NCBI GenBank assembly: GCA_003697105.1
Contig: RFFQ01000170.1
Location: 1-55,172 of the forward strand
Direction of reading: 5' to 3'
DNA length: 55,172 nucleotides
From: Gemmatimonadota bacterium
GTDB taxonomy: Bacteria > 4572-55 > J002
Shown piece by piece: positions 29,441-38,488 of the stretch. Positions within the stretch are counted from its first letter, which is position 1. Every line of letters begins with the position of its first letter. The notes under the pieces were generated by a model. That model saw only the letters and a program-made list of their open reading frames with translations. It did not search any database and was not told the origin of the DNA. Both the position numbers and the translations under genes were made by a program.

Positions 29441-30172
29441 TTAAGATTTATGAGCAAATAAAATCATGCGGTTACTTTGTTGGGGGTCATAAGGTTCACC
29501 GGTGTAAGAACCGTATATCTCATCAAGGGTAAGTCCCACATTATCAAACAAATCCTGCATTTCAGGTAAGGAGTACAGCCGCACGGATTCTAAAAATGTT
29601 CGGACACTCTCCCCATCAGAGACGGTAATCTCTTTTTCTACCCGATGGTGCGCAACCCAACGACGTTGGGTGACATGATACTTCCCGACATGCTTTTCGT
29701 CGAACGGGACTAAATGCGCGATAACATACGATGGATTCAGATAATCTAAGATCAATGTTCCATCGGGCTGGAGGACTCGGGCATATTCGAGGAACACTCC
29801 TTTATTTTCATCATCATCAAAATAGCCAAAACTGGTAAACAGGCTTAGCACGGTCGAAAAAACCTGATCTCGAAACGGTAATTGGCGCATATCTCCTCGA
29901 ACAAAAGGGACATCTAATTTTGCCTTATGAATAGCTTTTTGCGCTACGCGGAGTAAATCTGGGGATAAATCCATCCCAATAACCGGATACCCTCGTTTTG
30001 CCAATTCCAAGCTATGCCGTCCGTTTCCGCATCCACAATCTAATATCCATGTTGTTGATGATTGTAAAAGCCGGTTTTGGATCAATTCTAACAATTGCCG
30101 GGCATCTGCCACATTCCGGTGAGCATATACCCGAAGATAAATTTCGTTGAACCAGTCACGATACCAAGTCAT
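29441..30172 (-). CDS. class I SAM-dependent methyltransferase (candidate N-methyl-bacillithiol synthase)
   Basis: LDCGCGNGRH, GDMRQLPF, LFTSFGYF; 15 bp upstream of bshC. Confidence 0.88.
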   Translation of the reverse strand: MTWYRDWFNEIYLRVYAHRNVADARQLLELIQNRLLQSSTTWILDCGCGNGRHSLELAKRGYPVIGMDLSPDLLRVAQKAIHKAKLDVPFVRGDMRQLPFRDQVFSTVLSLFTSFGYFDDDENKGVFLEYARVLQPDGTLILDYLNPSYVIAHLVPFDEKHVGKYHVTQRRWVAHHRVEKEITVSDGESVRTFLESVRLYSLPEMQDLFDNVGLTLDEIYGSYTGEPYDPQQSNRMILFAHKS

Positions 30173-30174
30173 AG

Positions 30175-30420
30175 GAGTTTTACGAGTTTGGGAGTTGATG
30201 AGTTTTACGAGTTTTACGAGTTTGGGAGTTGATGAGTTTTACGAGTTGATGAGTTTTACGAGTTTTACGAGTTTGGGAGTTGATGAGTTTTACGAGTTCA
30301 TGAGTTTTACGAGTTTTACGAGTTTATGAGTTTTACGAGTTTATGAGTTTTACGAGTTTATGAGTTTTACGAGTTTGATGAGTTCATCCTTCATCCTTCA
30401 TCCTTCATCCTTCATCCTTC
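30175..30420. repeat. composite array: about 25 GAGTT-led 8/9-bp units followed by (TTCATCC)5
   Basis: Units GAGTTTTAC, GAGTTTGG, GAGTTGAT, GAGTTTAT, GAGTTCAT; heptamers at 30383-30417. Confidence 0.97.
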
Positions 30421-30434
30421 CGATGCCTTCCGCC

Positions 30435-31151
30435 TTACTTTTGGTGAGTGGGGCGAATATCAATATCGCTGACCAAAGCTCGTTCCGGCATTATCAGGGC
30501 ACTGATGATCACATCGGCGACGTCCTTTGGATGGAGGATTTTATCTCGATTTGGTGGTTCAAAGCCCGCATTATCGAAAAACGGGGTATCAACTGATCCC
30601 GGGCAAACCGATAACACCCGGATATTGTGTTTTCGGACTTCCATCATCAGTGATTTGGTAAAGCCGAGTACCGCATGTTTGGTAGCACAATAACCCGAAC
30701 CACCCGGTACCGGATTTTTACCCGCCAAGGATGCCACATTGACAATAGCGCCTTGCTGGTTACGAATCATGGTGGGTAACACCGCTTTGGTGCAAAGGAA
30801 CAATCCCCGGACATTCACATTCCACATCAAATCCCATTCTTCAACCGTTGCTTCCACCACCGGCTTGAAAATCCCCAACCCGGCATTGTTGACCAAAATA
30901 TCAACGGTGTCCATCATTCGCAAAGTTTGATCGATCATCGCCGCAATCTGGTCTTTATCCGTCAGATCGGTGGGGATGACAATGCACTTTCGCCCAAACC
31001 GTTGAATGCGGGCGGCAACGGCTCGCAATTCCTCTCGGGAGCGGCTTGCCAGCGCCACATGTGCTCCCTGTGAAGCCAGTTTTAAAGCTACAGCTCGCCC
31101 AATACCCCGGCTTGCCCCTGTGACCAATGCCACCTTATTTGTGAGTGTCAT
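30435..31151 (-). CDS. short-chain dehydrogenase/reductase
   Basis: TGASRGIG, NNAG, YCATK. Confidence 0.93.
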   Translation of the reverse strand: MTLTNKVALVTGASRGIGRAVALKLASQGAHVALASRSREELRAVAARIQRFGRKCIVIPTDLTDKDQIAAMIDQTLRMMDTVDILVNNAGLGIFKPVVEATVEEWDLMWNVNVRGLFLCTKAVLPTMIRNQQGAIVNVASLAGKNPVPGGSGYCATKHAVLGFTKSLMMEVRKHNIRVLSVCPGSVDTPFFDNAGFEPPNRDKILHPKDVADVIISALIMPERALVSDIDIRPTHQK

Positions 31152-31435
31152 AACCGTCCTTTCCCGCATTCATGCTAAAAGAGATAGTCAAATTCCCAGC
31201 GATAGAATAACCGCGGAGATGCATAATGTCAAGCCCGAAGGCATTTAAGCTGTAGCGTTCTACATTCAAGAGGTTCACGTTGTGAGCATCCCCATAAAAA
31301 TCTTGTTTATTTCAGCGTAACCGATTATCTTTTCCGGCAAATTTGTGATTATTTCCAAATGACTTCGTGAGATTTATTCGGCAGAATAGAATTTTAATTC
31401 CTCATTATTTCTTAACCTAGAAGGAGTTTATTGCA

Positions 31436-31759
31436 ATGTCAATGGCAAAACTGAACACTGATAATTTCGAGGCAATAATTATAAATGCCGGTAAACCTGC
31501 CGTACTGGACTTTGGGGCAGGCTGGTGCGCACCTTGTAAAAAAATTGAACCTATTTTGGAAGAGCTTTCCGAAGAATATGGAGACCAAGCGGTATTTGGG
31601 AAGGTTGATATTGATAATTACCCGGATATTGCCGCCCAGTTCAATGTGATGAGTGTACCCACGGTGATTTTTCTGAAAAACGGAGAAGAACAGGATCGGA
31701 TTATCGGCTTGGAAAAGAAACCCAAGATTGTGAAGCGATTAGAAGCCATACTAGGATGA
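31436..31759 (+). CDS. trxA: thioredoxin
   Basis: WCAPC, VMSVPT; AAGGAG SD. Confidence 0.9.
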   Translation: MSMAKLNTDNFEAIIINAGKPAVLDFGAGWCAPCKKIEPILEELSEEYGDQAVFGKVDIDNYPDIAAQFNVMSVPTVIFLKNGEEQDRIIGLEKKPKIVKRLEAILG

Positions 31760-31780
31760 ACTTACACGGCATAATTGCCT

Positions 31781-31818
31781 AAAAAGACCTGCTGAAGTGG
31801 TGCCAGCAGGTCTTTTTT
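31781..31818. terminator. bidirectional terminator
   Basis: AAAAAGACCTGCTG...CAGCAGGTCTTTTTT. Confidence 0.88.
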
Positions 31819-32944
31819 ATACCGTAAAGGTTTGAATAGCCTCAATCACGCGTGCTTGATCGGAGGGAGTCAAATCGTTGTAAAACGGAAGGCGAACAAG
31901 CCGGTCACTCACCGACTCGGTGACCGGACACATCCCCGGCTGGCCGCCCAATTGGCGTCCCATTTTAGAGAGATGGAGCGGCAAATAGTGAAAAACAGTT
32001 TGCACACCCCGGTCTCGCAGAAATGAGATAAACCGGTCCCGGCTTTCCAGCGTAGGCAATAGTAAGTAAAAGAGATGTGCGGAATGATGACAATGTGCGG
32101 GTACCACCGGCAATTGGACATCTTGTGCCGCTGCCCAATCCGAAAGTCCGGTGTAATACGTTGACCAGATTTCGTGCCGTCGCTTTTGAATCTGGTCTTT
32201 ATGTTCAAACTGAGCAAATAAAAATGCGGCTAATAGGTCGGAAGGTAAAAAGCTTGAACCAACATCCACCCACGTATATTTATCGACTTGACCTCGAAAA
32301 AACCGGCTACGGTCTGTGCCTTTCTCCCGGATAATTTCAGCGCGTTCAATAAACCTTTCCGCATTGATGAGCAACGCGCCCCCTTCGCCACAATGAAAAT
32401 TTTTGGTCTCATGGAAGCTTTGTGTCGCCAGAGCGCCAAACGTACCCAAATATTGACCATAGTAGGTTGCAAATAACCCGTGGGCATTATCCTCAATAAC
32501 TAAAATGTTGTGGTGGTTTGCGATGGACACAATCGCATTCATTTCGCACGCGACCCCCCCATAATGGACGGGTACAACGGCTCGGGTTCGCGGGGTTATT
32601 TTGGACTCCAATAGGGTTTCATCCAAATTGAGTGTGTCCGGACGGACATCAATAAACACCGGGGTTGCTCCTCGCACTAAAAACGCATTGACCGTCGAGA
32701 CAAACGTAAATGCCGGCACAATCACCTCGTCCCCGGGCTGAAGATTGAGCAACAGTGCGGACATTTCCAACGCATCGGTACAAGATGTTGTCAGCAATAC
32801 TTTTTTCACACCCAACGTATCTTGTAAAAACGCATGACATTTTTGAGTGAACACGCCGTCACCCGAAATTTTGCCGCGTTCTACTGCTTCCGTCATATAC
32901 TGCATTTCTTTCCCCGTCATGTGGGGTCGATTAAACCGGATCAT
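31817..32944 (-). CDS. rffA: dTDP-4-amino-4,6-dideoxyhexose transaminase (RffA/WecE)
   Basis: TTSCTDALE, SFHETKN..GEGG, EKGTDRSRFFRGQVDKYTWVD. Confidence 0.9.
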   Translation of the reverse strand: MIRFNRPHMTGKEMQYMTEAVERGKISGDGVFTQKCHAFLQDTLGVKKVLLTTSCTDALEMSALLLNLQPGDEVIVPAFTFVSTVNAFLVRGATPVFIDVRPDTLNLDETLLESKITPRTRAVVPVHYGGVACEMNAIVSIANHHNILVIEDNAHGLFATYYGQYLGTFGALATQSFHETKNFHCGEGGALLINAERFIERAEIIREKGTDRSRFFRGQVDKYTWVDVGSSFLPSDLLAAFLFAQFEHKDQIQKRRHEIWSTYYTGLSDWAAAQDVQLPVVPAHCHHSAHLFYLLLPTLESRDRFISFLRDRGVQTVFHYLPLHLSKMGRQLGGQPGMCPVTESVSDRLVRLPFYNDLTPSDQARVIEAIQTFTV

Positions 32945-33917
32945 GGACTGTTTCTATCCTCGCTTGAATAGACCGTAATGACAAACCTTCCTGAATGAAA
33001 AAGATGCCCCCCAGTGCCGAAACTACCCAAACCACCACCCGGTTTAAAAGCGCAACAGCCAGCCCCTGAGGTAACGCTACACCAAACATCGCAAGTGAGA
33101 CCGTGATAGTACCTTCCCGAATCCCCAAAGAACCCAACGTTACCGGTAACATCGAAACCAACGTCGTCAAAGACAAAACAACCACTAAATCCAAGAGATG
33201 AATATCTGCGCCAAAAGCACGTATAAAAAAATAAAATCGGAGTAACCGGGCAATATTGAATAAAACGGCAACGAAAAATGCGGAACTAAGCCGGGTGAAT
33301 GGAATACCAGCGATAATGTGCCGGAAAGAATCGTATTTCTCCCAGCCTAACCGGAGAAACCGGTCAAACCATGACTTTTTGAAAAGGAAAAAGTAACCCC
33401 CGATGAGGATGCCCAAACCTGCGCATACCAATAACCAGACGGGGTGAATGTTAACCTGCAAACTAAGTTGGTGCTGACGTGCGAGGTCAACAATCCGGTT
33501 GAAATCCATTAATACGATCAAACAACCCGCAGTGACCAATATCCCGAGTCCCATCAAGCGATCAAAAGAGATCAGAACAATGGGTTTCATCCATTCATCA
33601 TATTTTTGCCGGAGTGCAAATACCCGGTAGGCATCCCCACCGACATTGCTAAACAAAAAGTTGCTAAAAAATAGCCCAACAAAATAGAGCCTAAATACAA
33701 AACGGAATGATAACTCATATATTCTCAATAGGATATAAAGTCTTAGAATATCAAAGAACGTGGCACATATAAAAAAGACAAGCCCGATAAAAAAGGGTTG
33801 AAACCTTAAATTTCGGAAACTTTCAACGAGATTGCTGAAATTTACATGATAAATTAACCCGCCAAATAACCCCAGAACCAAGACGAGTTTAAGAATAAAA
33901 AAAACGTTTTTTTTCAT
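32931..33917 (-). CDS. lysylphosphatidylglycerol-synthase TM-domain / flippase-like protein (UPF0104)
   Basis: Multiple TMs, VGGDAYR, DRLMGL, LP.TLGSLGIRE. Confidence 0.82.
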   Translation of the reverse strand: MKKNVFFILKLVLVLGLFGGLIYHVNFSNLVESFRNLRFQPFFIGLVFFICATFFDILRLYILLRIYELSFRFVFRLYFVGLFFSNFLFSNVGGDAYRVFALRQKYDEWMKPIVLISFDRLMGLGILVTAGCLIVLMDFNRIVDLARQHQLSLQVNIHPVWLLVCAGLGILIGGYFFLFKKSWFDRFLRLGWEKYDSFRHIIAGIPFTRLSSAFFVAVLFNIARLLRFYFFIRAFGADIHLLDLVVVLSLTTLVSMLPVTLGSLGIREGTITVSLAMFGVALPQGLAVALLNRVVVWVVSALGGIFFIQEGLSLRSIQARIETVHDPV

Positions 33918-34755
33918 GTGGGCATTCGTTTTTTCGGGCAACAAATAGACAGCTCGTCCCGGTTGGGATCGTCTTTCCCTGTTTAATTTTAGCAAGTTCC
34001 GGGCGTAGCAACCGGCGAATCAGTTTAGAATCTACACCGCCAGACGTACCATGTTCGGATGTACTCGATAATAACCGGTTATTCCGGAAGAGTCTCAACC
34101 GGAAGGGGAGTGTCCGTAGCAGAAAAATCGGAACAATTAACGGCTGAAAAAAATAGGTAAAAAACACCATTTCGAATCGATCCAGTAAGCATTTTTGTAA
34201 CGTTTTGAAGGTGTAACGCCGGAAATGACCCGCCCGAACATCACTAAATGACCAGAGCCACGAGTACGCGGGTACCGTGCCATAAATAAGCCCGTGATCC
34301 GTTAAAATGGTGTGAATCAATTGAATAAAGCGGTCGTCATCTGGAATATGTTCCAGCACATCAAAAAATCCGACCGCACTCACCGATTTCGCCGGGAAAT
34401 GGGCATCTTCTAGTGTACTACAAATCACATTTGGGATTTGGCGATACGTTTTAGCATTGAACGCACCCGTAGCCCCCGGTTCGAGTAAGATAGCCTCCAC
34501 CCCATCGTCCAAGAGGCGGCGTGTAACAAACCCGTTCCCCCCACCGACATCCAACAAGATACCAGTTGGCGGGAATCGACGTACAATCGTTGAGATGCAC
34601 TCATTACGGTGTTGGAACCAAAACGAATCATCTTCAATTTGAAAACAATTCAGATTACCATCTTCAGGATATGAGATGGCAGACGTACTCCTCTCACTTC
34701 GCCAAATTCCGAGATCATCTTGATATAAATTTGGATTTAATTGATTTACATTCAT
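33889..34755 (-). CDS. class I SAM-dependent methyltransferase
   Basis: SFWFQHRN, LDVGGGNG, DVLEHI, TVPA..WLWS..D..AGHFRRY. Confidence 0.88.
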   Translation of the reverse strand: MNVNQLNPNLYQDDLGIWRSERSTSAISYPEDGNLNCFQIEDDSFWFQHRNECISTIVRRFPPTGILLDVGGGNGFVTRRLLDDGVEAILLEPGATGAFNAKTYRQIPNVICSTLEDAHFPAKSVSAVGFFDVLEHIPDDDRFIQLIHTILTDHGLIYGTVPAYSWLWSFSDVRAGHFRRYTFKTLQKCLLDRFEMVFFTYFFQPLIVPIFLLRTLPFRLRLFRNNRLLSSTSEHGTSGGVDSKLIRRLLRPELAKIKQGKTIPTGTSCLFVARKNECPHEKKRFFYS

Positions 34756-34788
34756 CTTGAAGTTCTGAAGTATTGCGCACTACATGGT

Positions 34789-35685
34789 TTAAGCAAGCGG
34801 TACAGGACGCCCATCCCCTAAAATGACAGGCGAGTTCTGAAAAAGTTCATCTACATAGCGGTCATCGGAATGGAACATCTCCGCAACTCGCTGGTAATCC
34901 CTTTCGGAGTATTTATCTTCAGTGGGTGGTTTTGGCGCTGTTGAAGTTTGGGTAGAACCCAAATAATCAAACCAATTTCGGACAACGCGAAGAACCGGTG
35001 CCGGCATAGTTTTGATTAGGGCATCCACAACACCCCGTTTTTGCAACAGGCGGTCAAACCACTCAATCCGGCGACGACCCCGCGCATTTATTTTTTTATT
35101 GGTGTAATTTCCTTCTTCAAAATAAGGGGGAACACCGATAAACCGTTCAAGCGCTTGCAACAAGGCTAAGGAATGCGTGCCTAAAATGGAAAAATCGTAT
35201 AAAAACAAGTTTGAGCCAAATTCATCCCGAAAGCGGGAGATGGTATTGCGAATTTTACCATCATCAAAATTAAAAATGACCTGTTTTCCTTCGCGTTCTA
35301 CCGTGCACCCATTTAAAAATTCTTGGAACGGCGGCACCACAAAATTTCCGTCGTATTGTTCGTATAAGGAAAAAATCCATTCAGTCGGTTTTCGGATCCC
35401 CAGAATAATTTTGGAATCTGGGTTAAAGTCTAAGATGCGGTCAATCGCTCGTGGGTCCATGAAATAATTTCCACAAATATCAATTGCCATTTGGTTATCC
35501 CGCATGTCAGTGAAAAAATTTAGATACCATTCCAACCCATTATCAAAATTATAAGCAAAATACGCCAGCTCCTTACGCTGAGGTACGTAGATATGCGGGT
35601 GCTTTTGAAGATTATGATATAAAAAGGTCGTCCCAGATCGGGACATCCCAGCATGAATTACAATCCGATTTCGATCTACCATCAT
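34789..35685 (-). CDS. sulfotransferase family protein
   Basis: 5'-PSB loop GMSRSGTTFL, KELAYF, IRKP..WIFS. Confidence 0.85.
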   Translation of the reverse strand: MMVDRNRIVIHAGMSRSGTTFLYHNLQKHPHIYVPQRKELAYFAYNFDNGLEWYLNFFTDMRDNQMAIDICGNYFMDPRAIDRILDFNPDSKIILGIRKPTEWIFSLYEQYDGNFVVPPFQEFLNGCTVEREGKQVIFNFDDGKIRNTISRFRDEFGSNLFLYDFSILGTHSLALLQALERFIGVPPYFEEGNYTNKKINARGRRRIEWFDRLLQKRGVVDALIKTMPAPVLRVVRNWFDYLGSTQTSTAPKPPTEDKYSERDYQRVAEMFHSDDRYVDELFQNSPVILGDGRPVPLA

Positions 35686-35706
35686 GTGATACCTATCCTG
35701 TTGAAA

Positions 35707-36840
35707 TTATAAAACAGATTTCAGCGTATAAAAGACATCTTCAAATAAAAAATAAGCCGTATGGTGGGGTAATAACTCAGATTCATTACAGAGGAGTTGG
35801 ATTCGAGTTTGTTCCTGAGCAACATGCACCGGGTCTGTGCTATAATTTAGCGAAAAATGGGCACGTTGAATGGACACCGGTTCCGTAAACGAACGGGGGT
35901 CATAACTGGTTTTGATGTCAGGGTACATTAACGGATATTCCAGAGCCAGCATCTCGGGGAAACAGGTATATTCGGTATATTGGATGAGGTCCGGCGGCAA
36001 TAGGGCTTGATATTTCCCCACGGATTGAGGCGTTACTCCCGCTACCGGTTGAAATGAGGAGTTCCCCATCCACGGTTCACCATTTTGATCCAAAATGCCC
36101 GCCTGAAATAGATCAGAAGGAAAGCTTGCGATCTCCAGCCAATTCGCCAGTCGGTTGAGCATCTCCACCGGCTTCGCTACGATATCCTCATACCGCACCC
36201 AGACAAAGTTTGGGTGGTGTTGCAGGTGCAACGCATACGCCACACTTTTACGCCAATTTCGGAGATTAAATAAGGTGGGGCGTGCGCTCCCAATATAGGT
36301 CTTTCCGTTTCCATAACCCATCGAGGTCAGTACATCGCGCGGATCACGAATTACAATCAAACATTTAAAGCCCTGATCGAGGAGAAACGGTAAAAATTCC
36401 TCACAAAGGACCTCTTTTGAGCCTACATATTCTACAGATTTTCCCTTTTGGCGAAAGAAATATAAAAACGCCTTAAAAATGTGGAGCCACACCCCCTTAG
36501 TAAGATGATCGATAAAATCAGAGAGACGATCCAACCTTGTGTTTTGCCCAGTGTACCCTTCCATCGCGATAAATAGACGTTCTACTTGATGCGGCGTCAA
36601 CGTATAATCCTGTAAAAAGCGATGGAATTGATCCAGAGTATATCGAGTTTCTAAGAAGCCATGCGTCAGCGCATAATATTCATCTTCACCACATTCTTGG
36701 CGGAGAAAATCACGTTTGGCTTGAATAAATAAATACGGGAAGGGTTGCGATAACACCGATAGTTGAGGATGGTTACAGAGTAATTTATCCAGCAAGGTTG
36801 TCCCCGACCGTAACATCCCCGTGAGGAAAAGATACTTCAT
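35707..36840 (-). CDS. sulfotransferase family protein
   Basis: GMLRSGTTLL, IRDPRDVLTS, VRYEDIV. Confidence 0.88.
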   Translation of the reverse strand: MKYLFLTGMLRSGTTLLDKLLCNHPQLSVLSQPFPYLFIQAKRDFLRQECGEDEYYALTHGFLETRYTLDQFHRFLQDYTLTPHQVERLFIAMEGYTGQNTRLDRLSDFIDHLTKGVWLHIFKAFLYFFRQKGKSVEYVGSKEVLCEEFLPFLLDQGFKCLIVIRDPRDVLTSMGYGNGKTYIGSARPTLFNLRNWRKSVAYALHLQHHPNFVWVRYEDIVAKPVEMLNRLANWLEIASFPSDLFQAGILDQNGEPWMGNSSFQPVAGVTPQSVGKYQALLPPDLIQYTEYTCFPEMLALEYPLMYPDIKTSYDPRSFTEPVSIQRAHFSLNYSTDPVHVAQEQTRIQLLCNESELLPHHTAYFLFEDVFYTLKSVL

Positions 36841-37784
36841 GCCTCCAATCCTTGCTGCTGGCGGATCACATAGGTGGGTTTATGTTCTACACCGGATATA
36901 ATACGGAGAAGGTATTCGCCAATCACACCAATCGCAAACAGCAATAGCCCTCCGATAAATAAAATGGTTACCATCAGCGAAGACCAGCCCGCAATGGCGA
37001 CCCCCCAAACCACCTTTTTAATCAGGATATAAAGCGCCAGCAAAAAGCTAAATAGAGAAATTGTAATACCGATATAGCCAATTGATTTTAATAAAAAGGC
37101 AGAATTATTGATAATCAAATTACTAAATACACGGACCAACTTACCAAAGGTATATCCGGTTTTACCTTCTTTCCGTTTCCCATGTTCTGCCGGCACGCCC
37201 ACAATATCCTTGCTGACATAAAACATCAATGCCGGAATAAATGGATTGGGGGTATGAATGGTGAGCATAGCGTCAATGACGGATCGCCGGATTAACCGGA
37301 ATGAGGACAGTTGAATATGCTTGGGTTTGCCAATTAAAATATGGTCAAACCAACCTTTTAATTTGCTGGTGATACGCTTAAAAGCACTATGGTACTTTTT
37401 GCGAAATTCAATAATGACAATATCATGATGTTGCTGGGCAATCAGTTTGGGAATATCTTCGGGGTAATGTTGTAAATCATCATCCATGGTAATGATATAA
37501 TCGCCGCGGGCACGTGCCATTCCGCAAAGTGTCGCCGCTTGCTGACCAAAATTCCGCATTAACTGAATAATTCGGATGTGCGAATTGGATTGAGCCAATT
37601 GGGTTAATACCCGCCAGGTCTCTGGACTGGGCGAAGCATCATCAATAAATATTAATTCATAATCCGCCGCTGGTAGTTGTTCAAAAACGGCATGGACCCG
37701 ATCCGAAAGTTCGACCAAACTCTGCGCAGTGTTGTAAACCGGAACCACTATCGAATAAAGGGTAGAGGGGGCAGATGCGTTCAT
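36837..37784 (-). CDS. GT2 polyprenyl-phosphate glycosyltransferase (ArnC/GtrB-like)
   Basis: SIVVPVYN, RNFGQQAA, MDDDLQH, two C-terminal TMs, GEYLLRI. Confidence 0.9.
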   Translation of the reverse strand: MNASAPSTLYSIVVPVYNTAQSLVELSDRVHAVFEQLPAADYELIFIDDASPSPETWRVLTQLAQSNSHIRIIQLMRNFGQQAATLCGMARARGDYIITMDDDLQHYPEDIPKLIAQQHHDIVIIEFRKKYHSAFKRITSKLKGWFDHILIGKPKHIQLSSFRLIRRSVIDAMLTIHTPNPFIPALMFYVSKDIVGVPAEHGKRKEGKTGYTFGKLVRVFSNLIINNSAFLLKSIGYIGITISLFSFLLALYILIKKVVWGVAIAGWSSLMVTILFIGGLLLFAIGVIGEYLLRIISGVEHKPTYVIRQQQGLEA

Positions 37785-38479
37785 GAGTGGGAAAAGCTTT
37801 TCATGTACTTTGTGGCGTCCGGTCCCGTATTGAAAATCAGGTCAATAATACTGACCTCATGGGCAAACGGCGGATACAACTGGGGATATTCAGGGTAACC
37901 GGAATAATCCATCCATTCTAACTGTATGTTCTCCGAACGAAATACTTCCTCGGATAGATAGGCTTTAGCGGCGGGTCCCGAGAGATAACTTGTCGCGTTG
38001 ACTTTTTTGAGTAGTTCAATGACACGTTCGGCTTTTTTGTGGGTTAAAGCATAATTTTCGGAGTTATCAAATTCAGTCGTGATCCCCAATATATGGTGGC
38101 TGATAAATTTAATAAAAGTTTGATTTAATTCGGATAATCTCCGCCACGTCTGCCCCCAATAAAAATCTTTGATGACCGGTGCGTACTGTTTGAAAAAGGG
38201 TGCTTTGGAATAATTCGCTTCAATAATATTCCAATGTTTGCGTTGCCATGAAGAATCCCGCAACTCAACTTCATTGATCAACCGGTGTTCATCCGTACCA
38301 CACGGGATTGACAACCATTTTAGCCCTTGGGGAGTTTTTATTCGATTCCGATTGCGCCAATCCAGCTTTGTATATTGGAGGTCATCATGAAAAATAAAGA
38401 GATCGACCTGATTAATAATGTCAAAATATCCTTTCCACGGGATATAATTGGACTGGAGAATTGCCACTTTTTTACCCAT
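37781..38479 (-). CDS. WbqC family protein
   Basis: QSNYIPWKGYF, DD.QYTK.DWRNRN, YLSGPAA, YPQL. Confidence 0.92.
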   Translation of the reverse strand: MGKKVAILQSNYIPWKGYFDIINQVDLFIFHDDLQYTKLDWRNRNRIKTPQGLKWLSIPCGTDEHRLINEVELRDSSWQRKHWNIIEANYSKAPFFKQYAPVIKDFYWGQTWRRLSELNQTFIKFISHHILGITTEFDNSENYALTHKKAERVIELLKKVNATSYLSGPAAKAYLSEEVFRSENIQLEWMDYSGYPEYPQLYPPFAHEVSIIDLIFNTGPDATKYMKSFSHS

Positions 38480-38488
38480 CAGTTCATC

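Noticed and set aside
30175-30420. Possible CRISPR array
   Set aside because: Units are 7-9 bp with no unique spacers, and no cas genes are present
30147-30596. ORFs 30147..30329 and 30360..30596 (MSFTSFTSL..., SSFILHP)
   Set aside because: Translations of the tandem repeats, overlapping real minus-strand genes
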